From: Octopus bimaculoides | Lineage: Eukaryota | NCBI RefSeq assembly: GCF_001194135.2 | Contig: NC_068981.1 | Location: 108,596,499 to 108,634,766 of the forward strand | Direction: 5' to 3' | Length of the DNA: 38,268 nucleotides | Shown: positions 10,014-21,879 of the stretch, piece after piece | How positions within the stretch are numbered: position 1 is the stretch's first letter | Layout of the letters: the number at the start of each line of letters is the position of its first letter | The notes under the pieces: model-generated | The model's database searches: none | The model's input: the letters and a program-made list of their open reading frames with translations, nothing else | Told to the model about the DNA's origin: nothing | Translations under genes and position numbers: made by a program

Positions 10014-11033
10014 GTAAGACATTGTCACTTGTGTATTGTAATATTACGACTATTATAACTAATGCTTATTGAATTATTTGAGGAGTTAGATAAAGTTTGT
10101 AATATTTTCCAAGAGAAATCAATGGCGTTAAATAAGTGAAACTGTTTTCACTGGGAATTCAAAGAATATATTGCAAACTGAGCTCACAGATAGCTTACAT
10201 TTCCTCAATATCACAATCTCAGACGCTAGTGTTTAGAGGTACAACTGTAATATGGTCAAAATATTTCTTCGTTGGAAGATAAGCTTACATCTGATGGATA
10301 TGCGTGTATTTAATGACGTGCATCTATTAATGAGGGTACCCAAAAACGCGAGCAGTTGGTGAACTCAGTCTGAATCCCGAATTTGATTCCCAAGAGGAGC
10401 TTTTCATTTCTCTTATTTCTAAGATTTGGGTAAAACCCACGCGTTCGATCACGAAACATCAATGTTATTATTTTATATGATATTAGAGCCGTATACAAAT
10501 AAATATATTTATTAAATCACTATTTCTGACAGCCAGCCTACATTCGGCAATTTATTCTCCAACCATTGGTAATTTTGCAACACATAAGAAACTTAATATT
10601 TAGATTAACATGGAATTTTCATTTCCATATTCTAATTTTATTGACCAGCGATTATCGAAAGTATCGAAAGTACTAATGCTACTTTTCAAGACGTTAAGTG
10701 TTAATGGATGTATCTATTTTATAAATATACGTCAATTTCCCTTAAATTTCAAATGAGAACCGCTTGGTAATTATAAACTCATCAGATACATGATATTGCT
10801 GCCACTCCTTCTACTTTGTAATTGAGGCATTTACTGTTTAGCACAATTACTAAATATTGCTCAACACTGAGGAGTTAATCGCTTGGACGTTCGCCAGGCA
10901 TCTTACCCAATTACTATTTTAAGAGATAAAATGCATATTAAAATTTCTTTTTAGTATTGACAATAAATTGAATAGAATGTAAAAATTTCAATTTTTATAT
11001 CTTTCAAATATAATAAATTGCTTTATTTTACAG

Positions 11034-11336
11034 GGGAGTCTATCGAAATCAATTTGGCCAGGCTGGTGCTTATTCGTGGCAGCACTCATAATTATTCTTT
11101 CCATTTTGGGGATTCCGCTAATTGCCTTGATCCGTTGGTTAAAGCCATCTAGTTGGCGTGAAGAAGTACCGGCTTATTTTCCTCGTGAATTAATACAGTT
11201 GGAGCGCAAATTAACGACATATATCCCTAAAGAATGGGAAAAGAAAATTCTTTTTAGGTTTGAAAAACATTTACCGACCACCGAGTCAGAATTCACTAAT
11301 AAAAACAAATCGCAAATGGATTTAGTATTTATATAA
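11034..11336 (+). CDS. SLC6 transporter terminal coding exon (TM12 and cytoplasmic C-tail)
   Basis: The exon has acceptor ttttacag|11034 (phase 0). It reads GSLSKSIWPGWCLFVAALIIILSILGIPLIALIRWLKPSSWREEVPAYFPRELIQLERKLTTYIPKEWEKKILFRFEKHLPTTESEFTNKNKSQMDLVFI*. The six exons total 1233 nt, or 411 codons including the stop. Confidence 0.93.
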   Translation, partial: GSLSKSIWPGWCLFVAALIIILSILGIPLIALIRWLKPSSWREEVPAYFPRELIQLERKLTTYIPKEWEKKILFRFEKHLPTTESEFTNKNKSQMDLVFI

Positions 11337-11571
11337 AATGCAAGTATAATTAGTTTTAAAACTCTATTGTGTTCGGTAGGTTGAATCAGGGAAAACAATT
11401 GATGGATATTTTATGATGTACATTGACCTTATTAGGCTTTTCTTTGTTTTAGATTACTGAGTTCATTCCTATACAATCTCTAAAGTTTATGAGATGTTTT
11501 ACTCATTTCTGTCATTGATAACGTCTTCTGAAACGAATAGCGCTTTGTGATATTTCAACATTATTTTGGAT

Positions 11572-11577
11572 AATAAA
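11572..11577 (+). promoter_or_regulatory. Candidate polyadenylation signal AATAAA of the SLC6 gene
   Basis: AATAAA lies about 235 nt after the stop codon. The context is AT-rich, so a chance match is likely. Confidence 0.25.
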
Positions 11578-12610
11578 TCGATACTGTATTCAGAACAAAT
11601 AATTTTATACTTTTCTGATAAATATTCTACCAAATTGGGACTGATCTTAAGCACAGTCTCAATATTTTATCAACATCAATCTATTTCTATTGTTGAGATA
11701 TTTATATGCCATGTAACAAAATGTAAGAAAACCGTTTTATTTTGATATTAAATACATTAATTTCTATCATTATGGTCTTCTCTATTTCATAGACTACTTT
11801 TCCTTTTGTAGGTTAAACTGAATCCAACATGGATGTTACAAACTGTTGTCTGTCTGTAAAACTTTATATTTATTCCGAGCATTTGTATATAATATTACGC
11901 ACATAGTTCGGATGCCATTCATTTGCATTTTGCTCCAACATTTTACTTTTCTGGAACTGAGTCAAATTGGAAGTGAACGTACATAAACGTGAGTGCATAT
12001 AAACATAAATACACACATTCATGCATATATACATACATTTCGCTTCCATTTATATGCGACAATTTAAAGTGCTTTGTTGCAAGGTGTTGCAAATAAATAA
12101 CAGCAAAATCGCCTTCAAACTTCAGGTTTTCGCATTAGTAATGGACGAGCATATTATATATATGAATTCAGGAAATAAGAGAAAATAGTTATTTCTAGAA
12201 AGACTCTCAAACAACATCAATTTGTCAAGGAAACTGATAGAGTAATACCTGGTTCAACATGATATGTTGAAGAAACCTGAAGCCACAACCCAAAACGTAC
12301 AAAAATGGGGTGGCGGGAAAAACACAAAGTCGCAAATTCTGCACTTCTCTCCCTTCTCAAATGCACGTCTTCGCACAGAATATAAACAACACTCGAAAAA
12401 TCCATCTTCCCATTCATGAAGAATACACAAACAAAGGATAAAATTAAACAAACAACAATGTAGCACTAACAGCCTCGGAAGATAATACAGAAAACGATGC
12501 TAAAACATTAGCATATAACACCTCAACTCCAACGTACACCTTGATAAAGAAAACAGGCCAGCTCCTGGTGAAGGCCTGATAACATGTGTAAAAAAATTAA
12601 GCATATAGTA

Positions 12611-12834
12611 CGAGGGGGTGCTGAAAAGTTCCTGGCTTTGCGTAAAAGGAAATGCAGGAGGATCAGTTAATTATAATTTTATTCAGCACACTCAACATAT
12701 TCTCCTCTCACATTCACACACTTATTGCAGCTGTCCTTCAGTTTTTCTAGGCCATGCGAAAGAACTCGGAAGTTTGGGCCTCCAACCAGCCTTTTCGCAA
12801 CACCATTCAAGCCTGGAACTTTTCAGCGCCCCCT
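12611..12834. mobile_element. Mariner-type MITE (~225 bp)
   Basis: The left end is TA|CGAGGGGGTGCTGAAAAGTTCCTGGCTT and the right end is AAGCCTGGAACTTTTCAGCGCCCCC(T)A. These form a ~27-bp TIR, with the right end lacking the terminal CG. The interior is non-coding. Confidence 0.88.
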
Positions 12835-13863
12835 AGAACATAGAACCATAAGCTTCTCTTAAACATGACAACAAAGCAAAAATATAAGCATTAAAACAAC
12901 TCTTCCTTCTCTCAAAATAGCAATTTGCTTCTTGCTTTGCTTCCTGCTCTTGCTTGTTGGGGCTGGGGTCATCTCAGATTAGTGATCCCATAGACGTCAT
13001 CATGTGTAAAACCGAAAATAGCAACACGAAACGCAATAAAAGAACATTATTGCAGCACAACTGCATTCCCATTGAAATTTAAACAACTGACACTAACACA
13101 TTTATATAAATCAGTTCACTATAACTCTCCACGCATCACTCCTATCAATCTACCTAGTTACCAAAACTACGTAGCATGTACTCCTCCAGCTCTGATCTGA
13201 TTACTTGCCTATCATTATCATAAAACACTACACAGAATTAAAGGAAACAGAAACACTTTTACAAATCTTATAAATGCACTGTGGCACCACTTCGAAAAGA
13301 AAAGAATTAAAGTTCGCAGAAATCAATAATACTATAGTAAGTAGCATAAACATTGTGATAATTCAAGAAAAAAAAACCGTCGATATCTCCTAAAATATAT
13401 ACTACAATGCCATGTAAAAAACACAGATGATGTTACATAGCTGGAGCAGCCAATCAGACGAACAGCTTCCAACGCAATCCCTCAATAGTACATGCAAAGA
13501 TGAATGAATAAATAAATAAATAAGTAAATGATTAAGTGGGGGCTAATTTACTTGTAGGAAGATAAGACATTTTAATAAATGAAATTTACACCTTACTGAA
13601 TAAAGCAATTATCCAGATGATACATTTTGATAAAAAGGGCACGGGAGATAATTACGATATTTTAATTAATTAAAAGTGATTAAATTCGAAATGCATGAAG
13701 AATGAATTTGGTCATTAGCATTAGGGTGGCAACTCTAACTGTTTGCATGCTTCAGTTTTTTTTTCAGTCTTTTTTCTTACTACAAAATCATTCCAAACAA
13801 AGTCTCATAAGACGATTCTAGGCAAAAGGTGATCGGAAAAGAGGAAGTGGTATTAATCCACTT

Positions 13864-13952
13864 TTGTTATAGGCACAAGACCTGAAACTTCGAGCCAAGT
13901 ACTTATTTTATCGACCCCGAAAGAATGAAAGGCAAAGTCGACCTCGGCGGAA
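13864..13952 (-). mobile_element. SINE core/tail fragment
   Basis: tatcgaccccgaaagaatgaaaggcaaagtcgacctcggcggaat is the reverse complement of the core in the 7832 and 8066 copies. Confidence 0.8.
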
Positions 13953-14300
13953 TAAGGGGAGTTGTATTAATTTACGAAAACTCTATATACCTGCATATTT
14001 ATGGCAGCAGATTTAAGATGACGATGAAATTATTGATAAACGTGTTAAAAGACGCTGAGATGGTATGAAAGGAACCATAAAAGAACTGCTTACAATAAAA
14101 TATGGTAAATGAGGTGATTATACAGGAGCCAATAAAATAAAATGGTAATAAAAGAACTGCTAAAAATAATAAAATGAAGGAAATTGTCAACAATAATCAA
14201 AGTAAGATACAGAAATAAATTTATATCTCAAACGCGTGATAATGCTATAAACAGCGTGATCAGGATAAATTATCCATTTATTGCAGAAAAATACGCTACA

Positions 14301-14373
14301 GGCCAGCCATGAGACTCGAAATCACACCTCTGTGATTACGCGTCAATTGCTTTACCATTACACTAAGCTGCCC
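14301..14373 (-). pseudogene. tRNA-Thr(CGT)-like pseudogene or tRNA-derived SINE head
   Basis: The minus strand reads GGGCAGCTTAGTGTAATGGTAAAGCAATTGACGCGTAATCACAGAGGTGTGATTTCGAGTCTCATGGCTGGCC. It has a mostly paired acceptor stem, an A-box (TAGTGTAATGG), a TTCGA T-loop and an anticodon loop CG-CGT-AA. The anticodon stem and the G53 position are broken. Confidence 0.5.
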
Positions 14374-14583
14374 AGCAACGAATTCTTCTGCAATTTTAGA
14401 ACTTATAAATTTAGCTTCATAAGACGCTAACGTTAAATTCAACTTTACGAGGAAAGTAAACGAAGTTTGTTCTTTTTTAGAAGCGTTGAGATGTAATGTA
14501 AAATACAGAAATAAATTTATTTCTCAAACGCTTACATATGTATATACATATGTAAGTGTGTACATATATGTATGTATATTTGC

Positions 14584-14615
<32 letters not shown>

Positions 14616-15017
14616 NNNNNNNNNNNNNNNNNNNNNNNNNNNNNNNNNNNNNNNNNNNNNNNNNNNNNNNNNNNNNNNNNNNNNNNNNNNNNNNNNNNNN
14701 NNNNNNNNNNNNNNNNNNNNNNNNNNNNNNNNNNNNNNNNNNNNNNNNNNNNNNNNNNNNNNNNNNNNNNNNNNNNNNNNNNNNNNNNNNNNNNNNNNNN
14801 NNNNNNNNNNNNNNNNNNNNNNNNNNNNNNNNNNNNNNNNNNNNNNNNNNNNNNNNNNNNNNNNNNNNNNNNNNNNNNNNNNNNNNNNNNNNNNNNNNNN
14901 NNNNNNNNNNNNNNNNATATATATATATATATATAAATAAAAGAGAGAGATTCTGTCCGTTTGTTTGTTTGTCCACCAAAATGAAACTAAATGCTTCAGG
15001 GGAAGCTTTATGCTTTT

Positions 15018-15395
15018 TCTATATATATAAAATCGAAATTCTGTCTCTTTCTTTCTTCGGCAAATTGAAAGTACTTGGTTCAAGGGAAGCTATTGTACTA
15101 CTGCTTAATTTCTTACACTTAATCCAATATGTAATTCAACTGATTCCGTCGATGATTTGGTGGCTGAAATATTTCCTAATCTTCTTCAGAATTACAACAA
15201 TACAGATTGGATCTATGAGCGAGCTATTCTGGCTCCAAAAAATGTTGTTGTACATAACATTTATAATATGCTATTGAGTTAACTTCCAGCTGAAGTATTC
15301 ACTTATAACTCAATTGACTGGGTTGTTGACTACCCCATCGAATTTTTGAACTAACTAGAACCACCAGGTACAGCCCCTCATGGTCTTCAGCTGAA
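15018..15395 (+). mobile_element. Internally deleted Helitron: 5'-TC end plus PIF1-type helicase fragment
   Basis: It starts TCTATATATATAAAATCGAAATTCTGTC. From ~15141 it reads DSVDDLVAEIFPNLLQNYNNTDWIYERAILAPKN...LPAEVFTYNSID..YPIEFLN*LEPPGTAPHGLQLK, matching Helitron helicase motifs (RAILAPKN; EFLNSL.P.G.PPH.L.LK). Confidence 0.85.
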
Positions 15396-16440
15396 GTGCC
15401 GTGCTTCGATAAGATTTTGGCCCATTAAACTCAGTATCTCTCCACACGGTGAGCTCACAACAGCTGGACGTATTGCGTTGCAACTGGACTCATGACGGTT
15501 CTGTTGCTTTATATGCATTCACAAATCTCCTGGCAATCCAAGCACTAACCTCAACTGCTTTCTCCCCAAATTCATTGAATGTCTTCCTCGCAGCAGATAC
15601 ACCAGCCACCTTCAGAAAACTTCTGAGAGAAGCTGCTGTGAAACCCTTACAGTCAACCAGCTCACAGATGTAACCCTTCTCCTGAATCTCAACTACCAGC
15701 TCTTCATAGCCCAACAGCTTCCGCTCATGGGCCTCAGCAATGCGCTCCTCCCATGGCACAGTAAGCTCCCCAAGGACCATACGTCTCTGACCCCCATCTA
15801 CTAACATCAGGTCGGGCCGGAGTGCTGACACAACGATGCTTTCAGGTAATGGCTTGTCCACGAACACCTCCCATTTTCTCTCTTCGGCCTGCCGAGGTTT
15901 CTGTCCCTTTGGCATCACACCTTGCTTCACAAATGCTGTCTTGTGCAAGCTCAGTTCAGGCACTTGACCCTTTCTTGCAGCTGAAGCAACAACGTTTAGC
16001 ATTAAATTATGTCTAAATGCATACCATCTAGACTGGAGTGCTTTTGGGCAAGCTGACAGCATGTCTTTGAGGCTGCCATACTTCCCACACAATGCCCTGC
16101 ACTGAACAATGCCCTGCACACCAATCAGACCACTTCAACTCCAGCCTTTTGACATTATCCCAATTCAGCCACCGACCCTGCTGTGCTTGTTGTGCTGCGT
16201 GACCCAGACGCCTCTCATCTTCCAGCTGCCTTACTTGTTGTTCACGTAGCTTCCGCTGTTCTTGTTCACTTGATTCAGACCAGAACTGCTCTCTCTTGAC
16301 AAGCTCCACACCAGTCCTGCCGCCTATAATCACTCCACGCACTTCAGCATGCTGGGCCATCTCATCAAGCTGCTGCATCGCCTCAGTGACCTTCCACTTC
16401 CTACCAGTGTTCAAATCTGGTGGATTGTCCTGGATCACAG
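15396..16440 (-). mobile_element. 3' fragment of a Hero-clade (R2/NeSL group) non-LTR retrotransposon with restriction-like endonuclease
   Basis: It contains TGRKWKV..A, GRTGV, QQGRWLNWD, a degenerate Zn knuckle (CRALC..YGSLKDMLSAC), SRWYAFRHNLML, and the REL motifs LRPDLML...GELTVPWEE...HERKLLGY...CKGF. The ORF stop is at 15490 and ~95 nt of presumed 3' UTR follows. Confidence 0.87.
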
Positions 16441-17179
16441 TGTATGTTTTTGAGTGTATAAGTAAAATAGTCGACTGATTCCTTAAAATACATTATTCAG
16501 TTTCAGATATGTCAATTTAGTTGTTATTGCTAGTATCTGAAAGGTCAAGTGCAGGCTCATTTGTTAATTTCCATTTCATAGGCTCACATATATCACAAAC
16601 GCTTGAAACCTTTATTTTATTTTATTTATTTATTTTCTTATTATTTCATTAGGGTTTCATTTGCATCTAAGATGTTAAAGAGGAACATTGAATTGACTTA
16701 ACAGTTTTTTTTTTTCGATCTGGACGGATAAAAAGTAAGATTGACCTCGGCAAGTTTTTAATTCATACTATAAATAGTCGTAACGAAATTCCAGAGACAT
16801 TTTGTCCGACACTCTAACGATTATCTCAATAGACCTAAAACACAGTATTCTTAAAAAACCGAAGTCTACGATGTTGTATGGAGCACTAGAAGAATCTTGT
16901 TACTTAAAGAATCTTGATGCTTTCATGTTATGAAGAGAATCTAAAATCAATTTTATACATCAGCGTTTAACTTCGTATTCAAATTGGTCATGTTCTTTTT
17001 GTTTGTTTTTGATTGAAAGGTTTTGACTTATTGTTATTGTCTTACCTCTCTCAATCTAAAAGCTCCAGGTGAATTAGATTTACATTCAGAAACCAATAGT
17101 TGAGTCGGTGTAAAGTACAAGGGACACTACTTAAGTAGGCCATAAGAGTTATCTCCCTTCCTTCATTTTAACCTATTGC

Positions 17180-17252
<73 letters not shown>
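17180..17252. repeat. (ATCT)n tetranucleotide microsatellite
   Basis: A near-perfect array is directly visible. Confidence 0.97.
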
Positions 17253-17433
17253 ATCCTTGTTATGGCCATACTGGAGCACTGCATATAGTGCTTCTCGTTT
17301 TCTGTTTTGAGTGATTTATAATTGCATATTCTGTGTTGCAACTTTTTGTTATCTTTATACAATCTTTCTGGGAAAAGTGTATGTAGGCATGTATGTGTGT
17401 GTGTGTGTGTGTGCGTGTATATATATATAATTA

Positions 17434-17466
<33 letters not shown>

Positions 17467-18100
17467 NNNNNNNNNNNNNNNNNNNNNNNNNNNNNNNNNN
17501 NNNNNNNNNNNNNNNNNNNNNNNNNNNNNNNNNNNNNNNNNNNNNNNNNNNNNNNNNNNNNNNNNNNNNNNNNNNNNNNNNNNNNNNNNNNNNNNNNNNN
17601 NNNNNNNNNNNNNNNNNNNNNNNNNNNNNNNNNNNNNNNNNNNNNNNNNNNNNNNNNNNNNNNNNNNNNNNNNNNNNNNNNNNNNNNNNNNNNNNNNNNN
17701 NNNNNNNNNNNNNNNNNNNNNNNNNNNNNNNNNNNNNNNNNNNNNNNNNNNNNNNNNNNNNNNNNNNNNNNNNNNNNNNNNNNNNNNNNNNNNNNNNNNN
17801 NNNNNNNNNNNNNNNNNNNNNNNNNNNNNNNNNNNNNNNNNNNNNNNNNNNNNNNNNNNNNNNNNNNNNNNNNNNNNNNNNNNNNNNNNNNNNNNNNNNN
17901 NNNNNNNNNNNNNNNNNNNNNNNNNNNNNNNNNNNNNNNNNNNNNNNNNNNNNNNNNNNNNNNNNNNNNNNNNNNNNNNNNNNNNNNNNNNNNNNNNNNN
18001 NNNNNNNNNNNNNNNNNNNNNNNNNNNNNNNNNNNNNNNNNNNNNNNNNNNNNNNNNNNNNNNNNNNNNNNNNNNNNNNNNNNNNNNNNNNNNNNNNNNN

Positions 18101-18133
<33 letters not shown>

Positions 18134-18135
<2 letters not shown>

Positions 18136-19826
18136 TAAGTCAAAACTGGTCTGTTTTCAGTGACTGTGATTCAGTTGACTCAAGCAGCTTCGTTTCTTTG
18201 AACCCCCAGCATGTCTTTTCCGACATAACCTTCGACGCTACTAACATACTAGCAGCAATAAAGGAAATGAAATCTGATTCAGCTGTGGGTCCTGACAGGT
18301 TTCCTGCTATGGTGCTGAAGAAATGCAGACAGAAACTTGCAGCTCTTCCTGCAAATCTCTGGAGGAAATCACTGGATGCCGGTTTTATCCCTCAAAACCT
18401 TCTCCCCCAATCAGTCGTTCCTATCTTTAAAAAAAGGGAATAAATCGCTCCCAATAAACTACCGTCCACTCTCACCTTACATATCATCAAAATATTTGAG
18501 AGAGTGTTGATATCAAGAATAACAGCCTTCCTAGAACAAAATCATCTAAATTGCAACCACAGTGGCTTTCGTGGTGAGAGGGACTGTCTAAGTGAGAGCT
18601 CCAACGCCAATGTCATATACCTTGATTTCAGGGAGGCTTTGACAGAGTCGAATGGATACTGTTAAGGAAACTATCCAACGCTAGAGTCGGTGGAAAGCTA
18701 CTTCAATTGATTAAGTATTTCCTAAGAAACAGGACTCAGCATCTTGTGATTGATGGCATCCACTGAAGACCAGCAAAAGTCACCAGCGGAGTCCCGCAGG
18801 ATACTGTGCTGGGTCCACTTGTTTTTATTGTGTATATCAACGACATTGCAGATTCCATTGAACATAGTACGATTAACATATTTGCAGATGACTCTAAGCT
18901 TCAGATGCTTCAATCGGACCTATTACAAACAAAACAAAAACAAAAACAAAAAACCAATATGCAACTGAACGAAAAAAATTTGAGCTCATCCACTTTGGAA
19001 AAGAGGGCACACTGACACAACCATATACACTACCATCTGGAGACCTTCTTGAACCGTCGGATAATAGCAGAGACTTAGGTGTAACTGTCAACAGCAACCT
19101 TAGCTGGAATGTGCACATCAACAAAAAAGTCGATGTTGCCCGCAGAAAGTGCTCATGGATCTTCAGAACTTTTCAATCTAGGGATCGTGAAAGCATCGTC
19201 CTTGTCTTCTTCATATTCGCCAGGCCCCGCCCCGAACACTGCTGCTCAACGTGGTCTCCCTGCAAAAAATAAGACATAATTATGATCGAGGCGCCACAAA
19301 GATCAATCACTAAAAAAATAAATGGCATGACGTGACTTGATTATTGAGCTCGGCTTAAACAGCTGAAACTCTATTCTCTGCAACGCCACCGTGAGCGATA
19401 CATTATTTGCACCATGTAGAAAATATTCCGATATCGGTATTATATTTACAATTCACCCAAGACTAGGCTCCCGTGCAATGCGTCCCCTACAAAGGTCGAG
19501 ATCACATCACATAAAAACATTGTGACACAATTTCTTCACTGCAAATGGTCCTACTCTTTTCAATGTTATCTCGTAATAAATTAAAGTCGAAAAATATCCC
19601 ACAACTTTCAAACGGTACCTTGACAAATTTCTCCAGAAAAACCGGATAAACCACCTACACCTGGATACGTCTCAGCCAACAAAAACTCTCTGTTTGAGTG
19701 GCCCATGGTGCTGCGAAATAATTAATTAAAGAACTTTTTCAGGTGATGCTATTGAGTTAGTCATCGCCTGGACCAGTAATGGCCAAAACCAATCTAAGTT
19801 ATATCTATCTATTTATCTATCTATCT
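18134..19826 (+). mobile_element. 5'-truncated, decayed CR1/L2-group LINE (reverse transcriptase and C-terminal region)
   Basis: It reads SAVGPDRFPAMVLK..., VVPIFKK, NYRP, YLDFREAFDRV, GVPQDTVLGPLVFIVYINDI, IFADDSKL, LIHFG, RDLGVTVNSNLSWNVHI and LYSLQRHRER, with many stops and frameshifts. It ends in a (TATC)n tail. Confidence 0.92.
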
Positions 19827-20049
19827 ACTGGCTGTTTGTCGCATCGACTCCCGTAAGTTCAAGTAATTACTCGGTTTTATTTATGTGTATCTGTATTTAT
19901 CTTTGTTAAAAAGGTGCCTAACAACATTTGCGTGGCCTCGACCGAGGCTTTCGCTTGAGAATTTACCCTTTAAGGGTGAATTTTAAAACTTTAAAATTTT
20001 ATTTTATAAAATAGTTTCATCAGTCTAGAGGTTTTCCTGGGAACTTCTC

Positions 20050-21390
20050 TACCTTTACTTTTAGTAGGGGACTGGAACGCTACTTTGGACACACGTCTAG
20101 ACTATGTAGGTAGAGACAGAAAGGGAAAAGAATGCAAATGCTTCAAAGACCTGCTCAGACATTGCCAACTGTCTGACAAGTACCGACTGAACTACCCGAA
20201 TGTGCCAATGTGGACATGGACAAACCGCATCGGGTCGACCAAATGCTATTTAGATAGAGTATCGTGTAGAACAGTGAATAGGGATAGTGTAGGGTGTCCA
20301 CAATTTCAGATAATCAGCTACACAGATCACAAATTTGTAACCTGTACGCGCGACTTAGATAAGAATCATAGGCAGGGTCCCGGATACTGGAAACTGAGCA
20401 CATCGCTCCTGGCGCGACAGGCTTACAGAGACCGGATTAGCACGTTAGTTAGGAGGGCGTTGACGGGAGCCATCGTCAACAACCGCTGGCAGAGTCGATT
20501 AGGTATAGCAAAGTTTTAGCGATAGATCGAAATAGAGTAGAGGGAGTCCTTGTTAAGAAATTAGAAGAGGCACTTAGAAGTAGCAGCGTGACCAACGTTC
20601 TGGCGGTGAGGTTGGCCCTTGATCAACACTTCAACGCCAAACACGAAGGTTGTGTTGTCCTATGAAACGAGGAAATTGAAACCTACAAGAGGCCCGGGTG
20701 GCGGAGGCGCAACATGGCAACAAAGGCACCATTCGATCTCTGATAGATCAACAGGATGTGTGAAGCCTTTCAGCAGCACTTTGCCCGACTGTTCGGGACA
20801 AGCAGTGGGTCGGAACGTAGGACAGATTTTAGTGCCTACATGCACAGCCTGCTACGACTCTCGGCAAGAGAAGCGAAGTGTTGTGAAGGTCCTACCACAG
20901 CTACTGATATACGGAATGCGATGGCAGGCTGCGCGAGAGACAAGTCACCGGGTTTGGCTGGTCTGCGTTACGAGTTTAATTGTCATAAGCCAAACTTGGT
21001 TGGGGATCTCTTGGCAAAAGTCAACTGCAACTGGCAGCAAAACGGGAGTATCCCCAGTTTTGTGAGCTAAGGAGCGGTAACACTGCTAAAGAAAGACCCA
21101 AACAAGGGGAACGTTATAGACAATTTCCGGCCCATCACTCTGCTCAACGCAGATTTGAAAAGTGCTAGCCGAGAGGTTGGCGCTTGTCATCGAGAAGTTA
21201 TATCATAGACAGGGTAGTTAAAGAACCTGGTATGGGTGGGGCGCTGATCAATTTGGATCAATCAAAAGCCTTCGATAGGGTGGACCATCGATACTTGGCG
21301 GGTGTCCTCAAACTGGCTGGCTTCAGTCCCGTCTTCCGCGGTTGGATCGCTGCTTTTACAGCGGCATCGGCTCGGTAGTTCGAGTGAAAA
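20050..21390 (+). mobile_element. Decayed Tx1/L1-clade LINE fragment (APE endonuclease C-half to N-terminal RT)
   Basis: It reads LLVGDWNATLD...WTW...YLDRV...YTDHK...GPGYWKLSTSLL, then DKSPGLAGL, VTLLKK, NFRPITLLNADLK and LINLDQSKAFDRVDHRYL. Internal deletions and frameshifts are present. Confidence 0.9.
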
Positions 21391-21879
21391 GGTGTTTTTT
21401 TTTTCTCTCATATTCGTAATCTCCGACATCTAAAACGTAGGAATCCGAAAAGATCTTTTTTTAAAAATGCATTTTTCAAGGAGAGGTGCGATTCTGCATT
21501 AGCCCCAATTTTTCGATATACATAAGGCAACGGTTTTTGCTTTTTATGTTGAAGTTGATCTGATATGTATTTCATTAACGAAACCTTTGGTTGCTATTTT
21601 TCACAAGGGTTTTTATGGTTTCTTTACATTATATGTGTCTATATATCTATAGCAATTGCAGCTTTGAAGATATTTGTTAGCCATTCAAGGAAAAAAAAAC
21701 CGTTAGATTCACTTCAACATTTAATTTTCAAAGACAATTGCAGCGTGGAAGTTGATTGTAAGCCATTTAAGATCATACAAAAAAATCATTAGATTCACAT
21801 CAGCATTTAAATTTTATTTGTGTCAAAATATTTTCGTCGTTCCGAAACTGTGACCTGTTCACTGACAAAACTTCGTGCT

